This document shows positions 39,191 to 50,327 of a DNA stretch of 64,000 nt, piece after piece. How positions within the stretch are numbered: the first letter of the stretch is position 1; every line of letters begins with the position of its first letter. The notes beneath the pieces were generated by a model. That model saw only the letters and a program-made list of their open reading frames with translations, had not been told where the DNA came from and did no database searches. Source of the stretch: Caldisericota bacterium (GTDB lineage Bacteria > Caldisericota > Caldisericia > UBA6126 > JAGPKI01); the NCBI GenBank assembly GCA_052034135.1, contig JBPOJC010000005.1, forward strand, positions 76 to 64,075. The letters are read 5' to 3'. Position numbers and translations under genes: made by a program.

Positions 39191-39496
39191 TAAGGATTAC
39201 TGTGTGATAAGAGTACATTCGTTACATACATTTCTTAAGGCAACAAAAAAGAGGTATAAAAGAGGAGAGGTTCCATCGGGTGGAAAATTGTAAGCAATTT
39301 AAAATAAATAAAAATAATTGAAATAAAAAATTTCAGTATCTAAAGAATCTGATAAAATGGAAGTATTAGCAGCTCATGTTTAGTTTTTTGATGAAGCAAA
39401 GATAATCAAAGATAATAATTTTATTAAGAAAATTAAACAAAGTAACATATTTTAAATTGTTTTTATAAGGGATATGGCATATATTAATTAGTTATT

Positions 39497-39569
39497 GTGC
39501 CCGTAGCTTAATGGAAAAAGCATCGGCCTCCGGAGCCGAGGAGTGGAGGTTCAATTCCTCTCGGGCACG
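39497..39569 (+). tRNA. tRNA-Arg (anticodon CCG)
   Basis: Acceptor GTGCCCG/CGGGCAC. D-arm GCTT/AAGC. Anticodon stem TCGGC/GCCGA with loop CTCCGGA. T-arm GGAGG-TTCAATT-CCTCT. Confidence 0.7.
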
Positions 39570-39580
39570 GAGAAAATTTA

Positions 39581-40284
39581 TGAAAAGGTTTAAGTTTATT
39601 ATATTATTGGTTCTGATTGTAGTTGTAGTTTTTTTTATAAACAAAGAATTAGTTTATCTACCTTTACTTAAAATTAATGCGTCTGATAGCGTGGCTATGA
39701 AAGTTAAAGAAGAACTTGGTAAAGCTTCATTTATGGGTTTTACTTTTAAACGGAACATTCAAAATAAAGAATTTAAAAAAACAATTAATAACTGTGAAAG
39801 TATTACTCTTACAAAAAAAGGCTTTTTGAAATGGGAGATAAACACTGTTCAGGAAGTTTATAATTATATTGTCAAACTTAATGGTTATCCTATGAGTATT
39901 AATAAAGAAGGATCTTTAATTGATGAAAACGTAAATATGAACATTAATGATAATTCTTTAGCCGTTTTTATTGTAAACGTAAAAGCCAAAAACGATGCAA
40001 AAGTTGTTTATAATGATTACATAAAACCGTTTTTACTCTATGTTAATTCAACAAAAAGTAAACTTTATCCAATGATTTCTGAAATAAATTTTGATGATTC
40101 CCTTGGACTTAGCTTTACTTGTTTTGACAAAAAAAGAATAATAATAGGTAAAAGAAAAGATTTTGAAATAATTGAAGATGAATTTTTTAAAGCTAAAAGT
40201 CTATTAACTGAAAAAAAAGAATATACTAATTATAGTGAATTGGATTTCAGATTTAAAAATAGGATAATATGTAGAAAAAAATGA
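39581..40284 (+). CDS. ftsQ: Membrane-anchored FtsQ/DivIB-like cell division protein (putative)
   Basis: Single N-terminal TM helix then a POTRA-like region, directly upstream of ftsZ. The start was moved to ATG 39581 because the ORF-track start overlaps the tRNA. Confidence 0.4.
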
Positions 40285-40341
40285 TTTATTTCTTGATTTT
40301 ATGTTTTTAATTGTTATTATTTATGAAATTACCCATCATGT

Positions 40342-41433
40342 TTGGATTTAGAAAGGAGAGAAAAAATGTTTAATGAGTTGGACCCTTGGACTCATACAAA
40401 AGCAACTCTAAAGGTTATAGGTGTAGGTGGTGGTGGAACAAATGCTGTGAACAGGATGATACAATGTGGAATTAGCGGTGTTGAATTTATAGCAGTTAAC
40501 ACCGACGTTCAAGCATTGAGTGTTTCACTTGCTCCTACAAAAATCCAAATAGGACCAAAAATTACTAAAGGATTGGGTGCTGGCTCAATCGCAGATCTTG
40601 GAGAAAAAGCTGCTTTAGAAAGCGAAGAAACAATAAGAGATGTTCTTAACGGAACTGATTTGCTGTTTTTAACTACAGGTATGGGTGGAGGTACTGGTAC
40701 GGGTGCAAGTCCTGTAATTGCCAAAATAGCTAAAGAAATGGGAATTCTCACTATTGCCATAGTTACAAAGCCTTTTTATTTTGAAGGTGAAAGAAGAATG
40801 AAGGTTGCAGAGGAAGGTATCGCGAAAATTAAAAATTACGTTGATACTCTTATTACTTTATGCAATGATAGGCTTCTTCAGATATCGACTAAATCCACTT
40901 CATTAACTGAAGCTTTTCTTTTAGCCGACGATATTCTTAGGCAAGGGGTTCAGGGCATATCTGATATTATAAATGTTCCTGGATTAATAAACGTTGATTT
41001 TGCAGACGTTAAAACTATTGTTAAAGATGCAGGAAGCGCGTGGATGGGTATAGGTTCAGCAAAAGGGGAAAATAAAGCAATTGAAGCAGCAAAAAGGGCA
41101 ATCAATAGTAAATTACTCGAAACAAATATTCAAGGAGCAAAAGGACTTCTCTTTAATATGACGGGAGGCAAAGGGCTCACCATAACTGATGTTAATGAAG
41201 CAGCAAAAGTAATAACAAATTCAGTCCATAAGGATGCTTTAAAAATATGGGGAGCTGTAATACAGGAAGATATGGATGATGAAATCAAAATAACAGTTAT
41301 AGCAACTGGTTTTGACTCTCATAAACAAATCTTTCCAGATGATGAATTTAGAGTAAGCTATAAAGAAGAAGAGAAAGAAGGAGAAAGCTTTATCGATATT
41401 CCTTTTTATCTAAAAAAGAGGATGGAACAATAA
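40342..41433 (+). CDS. ftsZ: Cell division GTPase FtsZ
   Basis: Tubulin signature [18 protein letters not shown]7 loop region. Confidence 0.9.
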   Translation: MDLERREKMFNELDPWTHTKATLKVIGVGGGGTNAVNRMIQCGISGVEFIAVNTDVQALSVSLAPTKIQIGPKITKGLGAGSIADLGEKAALESEETIRDVLNGTDLLFLTTGMGGGTGTGASPVIAKIAKEMGILTIAIVTKPFYFEGERRMKVAEEGIAKIKNYVDTLITLCNDRLLQISTKSTSLTEAFLLADDILRQGVQGISDIINVPGLINVDFADVKTIVKDAGSAWMGIGSAKGENKAIEAAKRAINSKLLETNIQGAKGLLFNMTGGKGLTITDVNEAAKVITNSVHKDALKIWGAVIQEDMDDEIKITVIATGFDSHKQIFPDDEFRVSYKEEEKEGESFIDIPFYLKKRMEQ

Positions 41434-41443
41434 AATTGAAACA

Positions 41444-42382
41444 ATGAAAAAAAGATTTTCAATATATAACTTAATTTTTGCATTATTTATAATTGTAATT
41501 GGTGCAGGGATTTTATTTTATGTGTTTAATGATTTTTCGCTTAGTAGAACACCAGAAACTATTTATGCAGAACTTCAGAGGATAGAAGTATCATTTCCAG
41601 CCGCAGGTTTTATAGCGAAAGATGAAAATATCTACTATGCAGAGGCAGATGGCAAAGTAAAGAGAATAATAGAACCAGGGGAAATAGTAAAAAAAGGAAC
41701 AGAAATAGCTCAAATTGTTCAAAATGATGGCAAAATTATTTCAGTAAAAGCACAAAATAACGGCCTTGTCACTTATATAATCGATAATTGTGAAGATAAG
41801 TACAATATTAATAATATTGATAAATTATTGACAACTGAAATAATAGATCCGCCTGTCAAACAAGAAAGGGTTGCAGACGGAGATACGATTAAAAAAGGCA
41901 ATTTTTTATTTAAAATTGTTGGAAATGATAAAATTAGCTATATTTTGGTATTTGATAAGGATGAGAAACAAAAGATTAGTGAAAATAAAGAATTAGTTTT
42001 CGCGGTTGAATACCCAGTAAATATGCTAATAGATGGGAAAATTGAGAGATTAGAAGACAGAGAAGATAATAAATGTTTAGCCGTTTTTTCTACTGAATAC
42101 TATATCGATACTTTGCTAAATTGGAGAAAAATTTCTGGTAGGTTTGTTTTTGGCACTGTTACAGCTTCATATTTACCAATTAGCTCATTAACTAAAAATG
42201 AAAAAGGAGAAGATGTCGTTTACATTAAGAACTCTTCTGGTTTACCTGAGGCTTACAAGGTAACTGTTCTTGGAAAAGATTATTCACGAAAGAATTATAT
42301 AGTTCAGGGGCTTAAGAAATTTGAAGAAGTGTATTTTGATGCTAACCTTGCGAAAGAGAAGATAAGCAAAGTAAGTGAATGA
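41444..42382 (+). CDS. Hypothetical membrane-anchored protein
   Basis: N-terminal TM helix and no recognisable motif. Lies inside the division cluster. Confidence 0.35.
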   Translation: MKKRFSIYNLIFALFIIVIGAGILFYVFNDFSLSRTPETIYAELQRIEVSFPAAGFIAKDENIYYAEADGKVKRIIEPGEIVKKGTEIAQIVQNDGKIISVKAQNNGLVTYIIDNCEDKYNINNIDKLLTTEIIDPPVKQERVADGDTIKKGNFLFKIVGNDKISYILVFDKDEKQKISENKELVFAVEYPVNMLIDGKIERLEDREDNKCLAVFSTEYYIDTLLNWRKISGRFVFGTVTASYLPISSLTKNEKGEDVVYIKNSSGLPEAYKVTVLGKDYSRKNYIVQGLKKFEEVYFDANLAKEKISKVSE

Positions 42383-43089
42383 TTAATATTGAAAGCAATT
42401 TTATTAAAAAAAGAATAGAATTATTAAGGAGTGACATTGTAGAAACAGCTCAAAAATGTAGAAGAAACTATCAAGATATAGAAATTGTTGCAGTGACAAA
42501 AGGAGTTGATACTTCACTGATATTGGAAGCTTTTAGTGAAGGTATCGATTTATTTGGCGAAAGTTACCTTCAAGAAGCATCTAAAAAATTAGATTATCTC
42601 TTTAATAATTCGTCATTAACTAAAGAAAACTTCCACTTTATAGGTCATCTTCAAAAAAATAAAGCAGTCAAAGCGATAAATTATTTTTCAAGCATTGATT
42701 CTATCGATTCAATTGAATTGTGTGAGTTAATTTCCAATAAAGCTTCTAAAATTGGCACCAAAGTGAATGTTATGATTGAGGTTAAGACTTCTTACGAAGA
42801 TACAAAATATGGTTTATTGCCTGAAGAAACTATTGATTTTGTTGAGAATTTAATAGAACTACCCTTTATTAATTTAATTGGTGTTATGACAATGGCTCCT
42901 CTTGATGCCTCTGAAAATGTAACAAGAAATTGTTTTAGAAAGCTTTATAATGTTTGGGAAGAAATTGATAAATTATACAATTTAAAACTTCCATATATAT
43001 CAATGGGAATGAGCGATGATTATAAAATTGCTATAGAAGAGGGTTCTACAATGCTGCGAATTGGAAGGGCAATATTTGGAAGGAGTTAA
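42379..43089 (+). CDS. YggS/PLPBP-family pyridoxal phosphate homeostasis protein
   Basis: TIM-barrel alanine-racemase-N-like protein. Conserved position next to sepF, as for ylmE in Firmicutes. Confidence 0.7.
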   Translation: MINIESNFIKKRIELLRSDIVETAQKCRRNYQDIEIVAVTKGVDTSLILEAFSEGIDLFGESYLQEASKKLDYLFNNSSLTKENFHFIGHLQKNKAVKAINYFSSIDSIDSIELCELISNKASKIGTKVNVMIEVKTSYEDTKYGLLPEETIDFVENLIELPFINLIGVMTMAPLDASENVTRNCFRKLYNVWEEIDKLYNLKLPYISMGMSDDYKIAIEEGSTMLRIGRAIFGRS

Positions 43090-43092
43090 AAT

Positions 43093-43536
43093 ATGAAAAA
43101 ACTTTTAGATTGGTTTTATAAATTATTGGGTGTTGAACAAGACGAAGAAGAAGAGGGTATAGAGGAAGAAATAAAGGTTGAGCCAGTTAGCAAGAAGCAA
43201 CAAGGAAGATTTGCTAAACAAGCACCAGATTTTAAGGCTGTTATAGTTGTATCTTTAACTCCTAAAGTTAAGGAAGACGCAAGAAGAGCTGTGAATTTTT
43301 TAAAAGAAAATAAATTGATAATTGTAGATTTTGAGAATGGCGACGCAGACAGATCGATTTTATCATATTTTGTTGCCTATCTATCCGGAGCAGTTGATGC
43401 ATTGGGTGGAGTAGCTGACAAATTTGGCGAATATGTGTATCTTTTTACCCCACCTGGCGTTAATATTTCAAGGGAACAAAAGAAGGATATTTTAAGTAGT
43501 TCCAACAACAACGAAAATCCTCCTTTCATCGAATAG
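43093..43536 (+). CDS. sepF: Cell division protein SepF
   Basis: C-terminal SepF core VIVVSLTP...IIVDFENGD...VAYLSGAVDALGG. Confidence 0.7.
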   Translation: MKKLLDWFYKLLGVEQDEEEEGIEEEIKVEPVSKKQQGRFAKQAPDFKAVIVVSLTPKVKEDARRAVNFLKENKLIIVDFENGDADRSILSYFVAYLSGAVDALGGVADKFGEYVYLFTPPGVNISREQKKDILSSSNNNENPPFIE

Positions 43537-43600
43537 AATCTAAATTGATAAAATTTTCATCAAAAATTTTTTTAAACTTTTTTTATAAAGATGTATTAAT

Positions 43601-44110
43601 ATGAGTGAAGACAAAGAATTATTTGAAGATTATTTTAGAAAATATAAAGATGATGTATATAGAGTTGCGTATTATTATACGAAAAATAGAGATGATGCAG
43701 AAGATCTTGTGCAAGATACTTTTATTAGGGCTTATAAGTTCTTTTCAAAGTTTAAAAGAAATACTAACTTCAAATCCTGGATACTCAAAATTATGCGTAA
43801 TATTTACATAACTAAAAGTAAAAAGAAGAGTAAAGAAAAAAGTATCAAGAATCATGAATTAGATTTTTCTAAGGATTATTCATTAGAAGATGATTATCTT
43901 GATAATGTTACTATTTCTGAGGTTAGAGATGCAATACTTATGCTTCCAAGAGAGTTTAGAGAAGTAATAATGCTTTCAGACATCTCTGGTCTTATGTATG
44001 AAGAAATTGCAAAGATAATTAAAGTTCCTGTTGGAACAGTCAGATCTCGCTTACATAGAGGGAGGTTGATCCTTAAGGAAAGGCTAAAAGAGAAATATGA
44101 TGCTGAGTAA
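43601..44110 (+). CDS. ECF-family RNA polymerase sigma factor
   Basis: Sigma-70 region 2 (DLVQDTFIRAY) and region 4 (EVIMLSDISGLMYEEIAKII). Confidence 0.75.
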   Translation: MSEDKELFEDYFRKYKDDVYRVAYYYTKNRDDAEDLVQDTFIRAYKFFSKFKRNTNFKSWILKIMRNIYITKSKKKSKEKSIKNHELDFSKDYSLEDDYLDNVTISEVRDAILMLPREFREVIMLSDISGLMYEEIAKIIKVPVGTVRSRLHRGRLILKERLKEKYDAE

Positions 44111-44360
44111 ATTTTTTAGTAATAAAAATTGTAAGTATTGTGAGTGTTTCGTAAATGACTATGTTGACAACAGATTATCAGGGATAAAAGAGGAAGAATT
44201 CCTTGCTTATATTGAGAATTGCTTAAAGGTTAAAGGTTGTAAAAAGTGTACTGAACTTATCAAACAATTTAAGATTATTAAAAGTTACTGTGCAAGTTTA
44301 CGTGAAAGTTTGACTATGCCAGAAGACTTAAGCATGAAGCTTTTAAAAATGATAAGATAG
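44097..44360 (+). CDS. Putative zinc-finger anti-sigma factor
   Basis: 87 aa with CKYCECF...CKKCTE Cys pairs. Overlaps the stop of the sigma factor gene. Confidence 0.4.
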   Translation: MMLSKFFSNKNCKYCECFVNDYVDNRLSGIKEEEFLAYIENCLKVKGCKKCTELIKQFKIIKSYCASLRESLTMPEDLSMKLLKMIR

Positions 44361-44407
44361 ATTAGTGCATCTCATTATAAACTTTACTAACATTTACTGA
44401 TAAAAAA

Positions 44408-45892
44408 TTATTTTATCCAGTAATTAGGCGCTTCTCTCACAATAGAAACATCATGCGGATGTGATTCTTTAACTCCAGTAGGAGTTATTTGTATGAATTT
44501 AGTATTTTTTCTAAGTTCTTCTATATTATGAGCACCAGCATAACCCATACCAGATCTTAATCCACCAACTAATTGATAAATAAAATCTTGAAGCTTTCCT
44601 CTATAAGGAACTCTTCCAACAATACCTTCAGGTACTAATTTGGCAGCAGAAACGCCCTCTTGAAAATATCTTTCCCCACCACCTTCTTTCATTGCTTCAA
44701 TTGACCCCATAGCTCTATATTCTTTGTATTGCCTTCCGCCATAAAATATAAGTTCTCCTGGGCTTTCATCGAGACCAGCTAAAAGATTGCCAAGCATAAC
44801 AGTGCTTGCACCAGCAGCAATTGCTTTTGTTATATCACCAGAATATCTAACACCACCGTCAGCAATAATAGGTATGTCATATTGATCAGCGATTTCCGAG
44901 CACATCATAATTGCTGTTAATTGTGGTACACCACAACCTGCTATTATTCTTGTTGTACAAATGGAGCCCGGTCCTATGCCTACTTTAACAGCTGATGCCC
45001 CTTCTTTTATTAATGCATAAGTTCCTTCAGGAGTTGCAACATTTCCAGCTACAACCTCGAGGTCTGGATATTTATATTTTATATTCTTTAATAGATTGAT
45101 TACCCCTTCTGAATGGCCATGAGCTGAGTCAATAACAATTACATCGACTCCGGATTTGTATAATAACTCTACTCGAGTAAGAGCATCTTTTGAGACTGAA
45201 ATAGCTGCTCCTACTCTCAATCTGCCACTATTGTCTTTGCATGAATTAGGATATTCAATCATTTTGTTAATGTCTTTTATTGTTATTAGGCCTTTAAGGT
45301 TATAATCATCATCAACTATTAATAATTTCTCAACTTTATGCTGCTTAAGTATCTCTTTTGCTTCATTGATTGAAGTTCCTTCTTTTGCAGTAATGAGGTT
45401 TTCTTTTGTCATAACATCTGATACTTTTTCAGTATAGTCTGTAATAAACCTTATATCTCTATTTGTTATTATTCCTATCAATTTTTCGTTTCTTGTTATT
45501 GGAACTCCAGAGATGTGATATTTTTCTGTGACATTTAAAACATCTTGAATTGTAGCATCTTCAGTAAGCGTAATTGGGTTTGTTATGAGGCCACTTTCTG
45601 ACCTTTTTACCTTGTCTACTTCTTCTGCTTGCATTGCTGGAGGTAGATTTTTGTGAATTATGCCAATACCTCCCTGTCGAGCGAGAGCGATGGCTAATCG
45701 TGCTTCAGTAACTCTATCCATAGCAGCGCTCACAATTGGAATATTTAAAGGTATATTTTTTGTAAATCTTGTATGCAAGTCTACATCTCTTGGAAGAATA
45801 TTTGAATAGGCTGGTATTATTAATACATCATCATATGTTAATGCTATTCCGTTTATTTTTTTATTATAATTCATAGAGCTTTCTCCATTCAA
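44408..45892 (-). CDS. guaB: Inosine-5'-monophosphate dehydrogenase
   Basis: IMPDH catalytic loop [11 protein letters not shown] and a CBS pair insertion. Confidence 0.9.
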   Translation of the reverse strand: MNGESSMNYNKKINGIALTYDDVLIIPAYSNILPRDVDLHTRFTKNIPLNIPIVSAAMDRVTEARLAIALARQGGIGIIHKNLPPAMQAEEVDKVKRSESGLITNPITLTEDATIQDVLNVTEKYHISGVPITRNEKLIGIITNRDIRFITDYTEKVSDVMTKENLITAKEGTSINEAKEILKQHKVEKLLIVDDDYNLKGLITIKDINKMIEYPNSCKDNSGRLRVGAAISVSKDALTRVELLYKSGVDVIVIDSAHGHSEGVINLLKNIKYKYPDLEVVAGNVATPEGTYALIKEGASAVKVGIGPGSICTTRIIAGCGVPQLTAIMMCSEIADQYDIPIIADGGVRYSGDITKAIAAGASTVMLGNLLAGLDESPGELIFYGGRQYKEYRAMGSIEAMKEGGGERYFQEGVSAAKLVPEGIVGRVPYRGKLQDFIYQLVGGLRSGMGYAGAHNIEELRKNTKFIQITPTGVKESHPHDVSIVREAPNYWIK

Positions 45893-45943
45893 AAGTTAAA
45901 GTGTGTTAATAAGTCTAAAATAAAAACATTAATTTTCAAATAT

Positions 45944-46447
45944 TTACATTATTTTCAGAGGTATATTTTTCTTTTGTATAACTTCCGTTAGTTTGCAATA
46001 TGTCTCTTCTAATGCTTCAGATATGACTCTTGTTTCCCCAATAACTGTAATAAAATTTGAATCTCCAATCCAGCGAGGAACTATATGAGCATGAATATGA
46101 TCTTCCACTCCAGCACCAGCAACCTTTCCGATATTCATTCCCACATTAAATCCTTGAGGCTCAAAAGCAGCTTTAATCAATCTAATTGAATAATCAATAA
46201 GATTAATAAATTCCAATGATGCATCATCTCGTAAATCAGATAATTGACTTATATGCGAATAAGGAACAACCATCAAATGTCCTGGGGAATATGGATATTT
46301 ATTTAGAACGATAAAATTAAATTTACCTCTATAAATTATAAAATTTTCACTATCTTTATTTTCTTTTATCATTTTACAAAAGAAACATTCTTTATCTTTA
46401 TTTCCTCTTATATACACATATCTCCATGGTGCCCACAATGTCTTCAT
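45944..46447 (-). CDS. HIT-family (histidine triad) protein
   Basis: HIHAHIVPRW histidine triad. Confidence 0.6.
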   Translation of the reverse strand: MKTLWAPWRYVYIRGNKDKECFFCKMIKENKDSENFIIYRGKFNFIVLNKYPYSPGHLMVVPYSHISQLSDLRDDASLEFINLIDYSIRLIKAAFEPQGFNVGMNIGKVAGAGVEDHIHAHIVPRWIGDSNFITVIGETRVISEALEETYCKLTEVIQKKNIPLKIM

Positions 46448-46550
46448 AAAAATCTACCTTTCTAAAGTTGTTTTCATTATAAACCTTAATACAATTGAGA
46501 TTGTCTATATAAATATTATTCTATTTTTAGTAATAAATACAATTATTTTA

Positions 46551-47234
46551 GTGAGGTGGAAAAATATGAGAAGAATGGTGAAAAGAATAGCTAATAAAAG
46601 AATATGGCTTGTTATAAGCATTGTCTTAATTATTACATTTAGTAATTCCTGTTCTAATAATATAAAACAGGTTCCACAAGAATCTAATGGAGGAATTACT
46701 TCTGAAGCTCCTTCTCAACCAGTTGATAATTCAAAAGAAAATTCTGCTAAACCTGAAGAGACCACCTCTGAAACCATGTCTCTGCCAACAGGCTTGATAC
46801 CTTCTGAGATGAGAATCTCTGCCAAAGACTTTACACTTGAAAAAATTGATGGGGGTACATTGAGTCTATCTTCGTATAAAGGAAAAATCGTATTACTTGA
46901 CTTTACAACAACCTGGTGTTACTGGTGCGATGTTCAGGCTCCACAGGTAGAAGAATTGTATAAGAATTACGCAAACAAGAATTTTACTGTTATAAGCATT
47001 GATTGCAAAGAAGAACTTCAGACTGTGAAAAGTAAATACCCTGGTGGAAAGCATATATTTCCAGTAGTACTTGATAAAGATGGCTCTGTGTCATATTCAT
47101 ATGGTATTAATGGATATCCAACATTCTTGCTAATTGATAAGGAAGGTAGAATTGCATATAAACAAGAGGGATATAAAGAGAACATGAAGGAAGTTGTATC
47201 AAAGATAATTGATTATTTACTTGAAAATGAGTAG
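46551..47234 (+). CDS. TlpA/redoxin-family thiol-disulfide oxidoreductase, probable lipoprotein
   Basis: WCYWC CxxC motif in a thioredoxin fold. N-terminal signal peptide with Cys. Confidence 0.6.
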   Translation: MRWKNMRRMVKRIANKRIWLVISIVLIITFSNSCSNNIKQVPQESNGGITSEAPSQPVDNSKENSAKPEETTSETMSLPTGLIPSEMRISAKDFTLEKIDGGTLSLSSYKGKIVLLDFTTTWCYWCDVQAPQVEELYKNYANKNFTVISIDCKEELQTVKSKYPGGKHIFPVVLDKDGSVSYSYGINGYPTFLLIDKEGRIAYKQEGYKENMKEVVSKIIDYLLENE

Positions 47235-47243
47235 CTTATTGTT

Positions 47244-48425
47244 ATGAATATATTTGAACTAATTAACTTTTCTTTTAAAAATCTTAAACGAAATAGAAGT
47301 AGAATTTTCTTAACTATTCTTTCTGTGGTTATTTCTATAACTTTTTTGATAAGTTTTCTTGGGCTTATTGAGGGCTACAATAAGGCGATTATGAAAGATA
47401 TTAATAACCTTGGAGTTCACTTATTGGCAATACCTAAAGGGTGTCCTTACGAAGCAACGGCTTTGATAATGCATGGAGGCATTATTCCCAATTATTTAGA
47501 TGAATCAGTTATACAAGAAATATCAAGTCTACCAAATATTTATGATTATTATGCAATGGTGATGGGTATTTTGCCCTCTAAGGAATCACCAGAGAGTACA
47601 GATATCATTTATGGTGTAACGGATGGAGTATTCAACCTTAAGAAAAACTGGGGAGTATCCAAAAATTTATTTTTAAATGAATCTGGGGCTGTGATTGGTA
47701 AAAGAAAAGCCTTGTCCTTAGGAGTTAAGGAGGGCGACTATATTAAGTTGGGAAATAATGGAAATAAATATAAGGTTTTGTATGTTATTCCAGAAACAGG
47801 CACAGAAGACGATAATATTATATTTCTGCCTTTAAAGAATGCTCAGGATGTACTAAATGTTTCAGGTAAAATAACGGGCGTAGCAATCTCACTAAAAGAT
47901 ATAACTAAACTAAAAGAAACATCAGATGAGATAGAGAAAATAAAAGATGTTCAGGTAGTTACTATGAATAATGTTCTTTCTGTAGTTATGGGATATATTC
48001 GTATTGTAAAAGCTCTTTTGCTCGGAATTGTAATTATAACTGTTTTAGTTAGTGGTATTCAAATTTTAAACAGTACATTAATAGCAGTTTTTGAACAGAT
48101 AAGAGAAATTGGAGTTTTTAAAGCAATAGGGGCAACAGGCAGGCAAATTGCAAGTTTTATTTTTATTCAGTCTTTTTTAGTCTCTCTGATAGGTAGTTTA
48201 TTTGCTATTCTTGTATCTTATATTATTGCTCCAATACTTAATATAATTACTAAAAGTTTTATTCCTTCGCCACCTGCTGGAAGCATTATTTCTTTTACTC
48301 CATCGATATTGCTTTATGGAGTATTGTTTTCCATAGTAGTAGGATTTATCGCAGGAATATACCCTGCATACAAGGCGAGCACTCTAAGTCCTTCAGAAGT
48401 AATTAGAATGGATGTGTTAGTATGA
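47244..48425 (+). CDS. ABC transporter permease, FtsX/MacB-like
   Basis: N-terminal TM, large extracytoplasmic domain and three C-terminal TM helices. Confidence 0.65.
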   Translation: MNIFELINFSFKNLKRNRSRIFLTILSVVISITFLISFLGLIEGYNKAIMKDINNLGVHLLAIPKGCPYEATALIMHGGIIPNYLDESVIQEISSLPNIYDYYAMVMGILPSKESPESTDIIYGVTDGVFNLKKNWGVSKNLFLNESGAVIGKRKALSLGVKEGDYIKLGNNGNKYKVLYVIPETGTEDDNIIFLPLKNAQDVLNVSGKITGVAISLKDITKLKETSDEIEKIKDVQVVTMNNVLSVVMGYIRIVKALLLGIVIITVLVSGIQILNSTLIAVFEQIREIGVFKAIGATGRQIASFIFIQSFLVSLIGSLFAILVSYIIAPILNIITKSFIPSPPAGSIISFTPSILLYGVLFSIVVGFIAGIYPAYKASTLSPSEVIRMDVLV

Positions 48426-49588
48426 ACTTCTTTAAACTTGCTTTTAAGAATTTATTAAGAAGAAAGATAAGAACAATTCTAACAATAATTGGTATCGGAG
48501 TAGTGATAGCAATATTTTTTAGTTTAATTTCATTTAATGAAGGGTATAGTCGTTCGTTAGGAAATGAATTTTTAAGTTTCGGAATTCATATTTTAGCTGT
48601 CCCTAAAGGGTGTCCTTACGAAGCAACTTCTCTTCTTCTTCATGGTGGAGAGATGGATAAAACTTTAACATATGCTCAATTTGAAGAAATTGCTAAAAAT
48701 GAATCAGTGGATATAGCTTCTCCATTACTTCTTATTAACACAACAATTAATTCTCATGAGTATAAAACTGCACTATACGGAATTTCCGATACTCTTTTTG
48801 ATTTAAAGCCATACTGGAAACTTAATGGTAATAAATTTTCTTCTTTAACTGCAAACGAGGCAATAATTGGTGATAATCTCGCTAAAGAACTAAATTTAAA
48901 GATTGGCGATAGGGTTTATCTAACCAACGATAAAATAGAAACAAAAGTTATTGGAATTCTCTCTCCCACTGGAACTTCGGATGATAACTTTATATATGTA
49001 CCATTACGGTTTTCAGAAAAATTGGCAGGTAAGAGCGATGCTTTAACCGCAGTAGCAATAAAAGTTAAACAAGGTGAAAAAATCGGAATGGTAGCAAACA
49101 CGCTTGCTCAAATACCTGATGTTCAAATGGTTACTTTTACGCAAGTTCAATCCACATTAAATGGTCTTGTTTCAACAACTCAGCAATTATTGCAGGTTGC
49201 AACAATTTTTACATTATTAATTGGATTAGTGAGTCTTGTTAATACTTTATATATGAGTATAACAGAAAGAAAAAAGGAATTAGGAATGCTAAAGGCAATT
49301 GGCGCAAGGAATAGCCAAATATTTTTCCTAATAATAACTGAAACAATTATTATTGTGCTTATATCTGCATTCCTTGGTATTATCTTGGCTGTTGGTTTCT
49401 CAGGCACAATTGAGTATATTATTAGAAAATTAATAGAGAGCGCTCCTCCGGGCAGATTAGCTTATTTTACATTTTCATCTTTGATATTGACTGTTTTAAT
49501 TTCTCTCTTAATTGGCGTGCTTTCAAGCTTATTTCCGGCTTATTTTGCTTCTAAAATTCCCCCTATGGAGGTCATAAGAAATGAATAA
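48422..49588 (+). CDS. ABC transporter permease, FtsX/MacB-like (paralog)
   Basis: Same architecture as the preceding gene. Shares the motif VPKGCPYEAT. Confidence 0.65.
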   Translation: MNFFKLAFKNLLRRKIRTILTIIGIGVVIAIFFSLISFNEGYSRSLGNEFLSFGIHILAVPKGCPYEATSLLLHGGEMDKTLTYAQFEEIAKNESVDIASPLLLINTTINSHEYKTALYGISDTLFDLKPYWKLNGNKFSSLTANEAIIGDNLAKELNLKIGDRVYLTNDKIETKVIGILSPTGTSDDNFIYVPLRFSEKLAGKSDALTAVAIKVKQGEKIGMVANTLAQIPDVQMVTFTQVQSTLNGLVSTTQQLLQVATIFTLLIGLVSLVNTLYMSITERKKELGMLKAIGARNSQIFFLIITETIIIVLISAFLGIILAVGFSGTIEYIIRKLIESAPPGRLAYFTFSSLILTVLISLLIGVLSSLFPAYFASKIPPMEVIRNE

Positions 49589-50261
49589 TAATCAGACAAT
49601 TATTAACGCAATAGATTTAAAGAAATATTATAAAATAGGCAAAGCTGAAATTGCAGCATTAGCTGGAGTAAGTCTTGATATTAAGAAGGGGGAATTTTTA
49701 GCAATTCTCGGTTCATCTGGTTCCGGAAAGACAACTTTGCTTAACATAATCGGCTGTCTCGATAAACCAAGCAGTGGGAAGTTATTTGTAGCCGATAATG
49801 ATGTTACTGATCTTCCTGAAAAGAAATTAGTAGAAATAAGAAGAAAACATTTTGGTTTTATTTTTCAGCAATTCTTTTTAATCCCTACTTTAACTGTTCG
49901 AGAAAATGTTATGCTACCCATATTCTTTAGTGGGAAAAAAGTTTCAGACAAGTTTATTGATGAGGTATTGGAGCGAGTAGGACTCTTAAATAGAAAAAAA
50001 CACCTTCCGAGTGAGTTATCAGGTGGAGAAATGCAAAGAGTTGCTATTGCAAGAGCGCTTGTGAATAACTCAGAGATTATTATTGCTGATGAACCTACAG
50101 GTAATCTTGATTCTCAAAATGCGAAAAATATTTTCGGGCTATTTTCTAACTTGAATGACGATTTTGGAGTTACAATCATATGTGCCACACATAATCTTGA
50201 ACTTGCAAAAAAGGCAAAGGGTATAATTGAGTTAAAAGATGGTATAATAAAGAGTGAATGA
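49581..50261 (+). CDS. ABC transporter ATP-binding protein (MacB/LolD-like)
   Basis: Walker A GSSGSGKTT, signature LSGGEMQR, Walker B IIADEPTG. Confidence 0.8.
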   Translation: MNNNQTIINAIDLKKYYKIGKAEIAALAGVSLDIKKGEFLAILGSSGSGKTTLLNIIGCLDKPSSGKLFVADNDVTDLPEKKLVEIRRKHFGFIFQQFFLIPTLTVRENVMLPIFFSGKKVSDKFIDEVLERVGLLNRKKHLPSELSGGEMQRVAIARALVNNSEIIIADEPTGNLDSQNAKNIFGLFSNLNDDFGVTIICATHNLELAKKAKGIIELKDGIIKSE

Positions 50262-50327
50262 AAATTAAGTGCTAATTTGGGAAATTTTAATATTAGAACA
50301 ATAATTTAAATTAAGAGGTTTTGAATA

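Noticed and set aside
39511-39580. Extended start (MEKASASGAEEW...) of the FtsQ-like ORF
   Set aside because: This segment is the tRNA-Arg gene (39497-39569). The real start is most likely ATG 39581 (MKRFKFIILL...).
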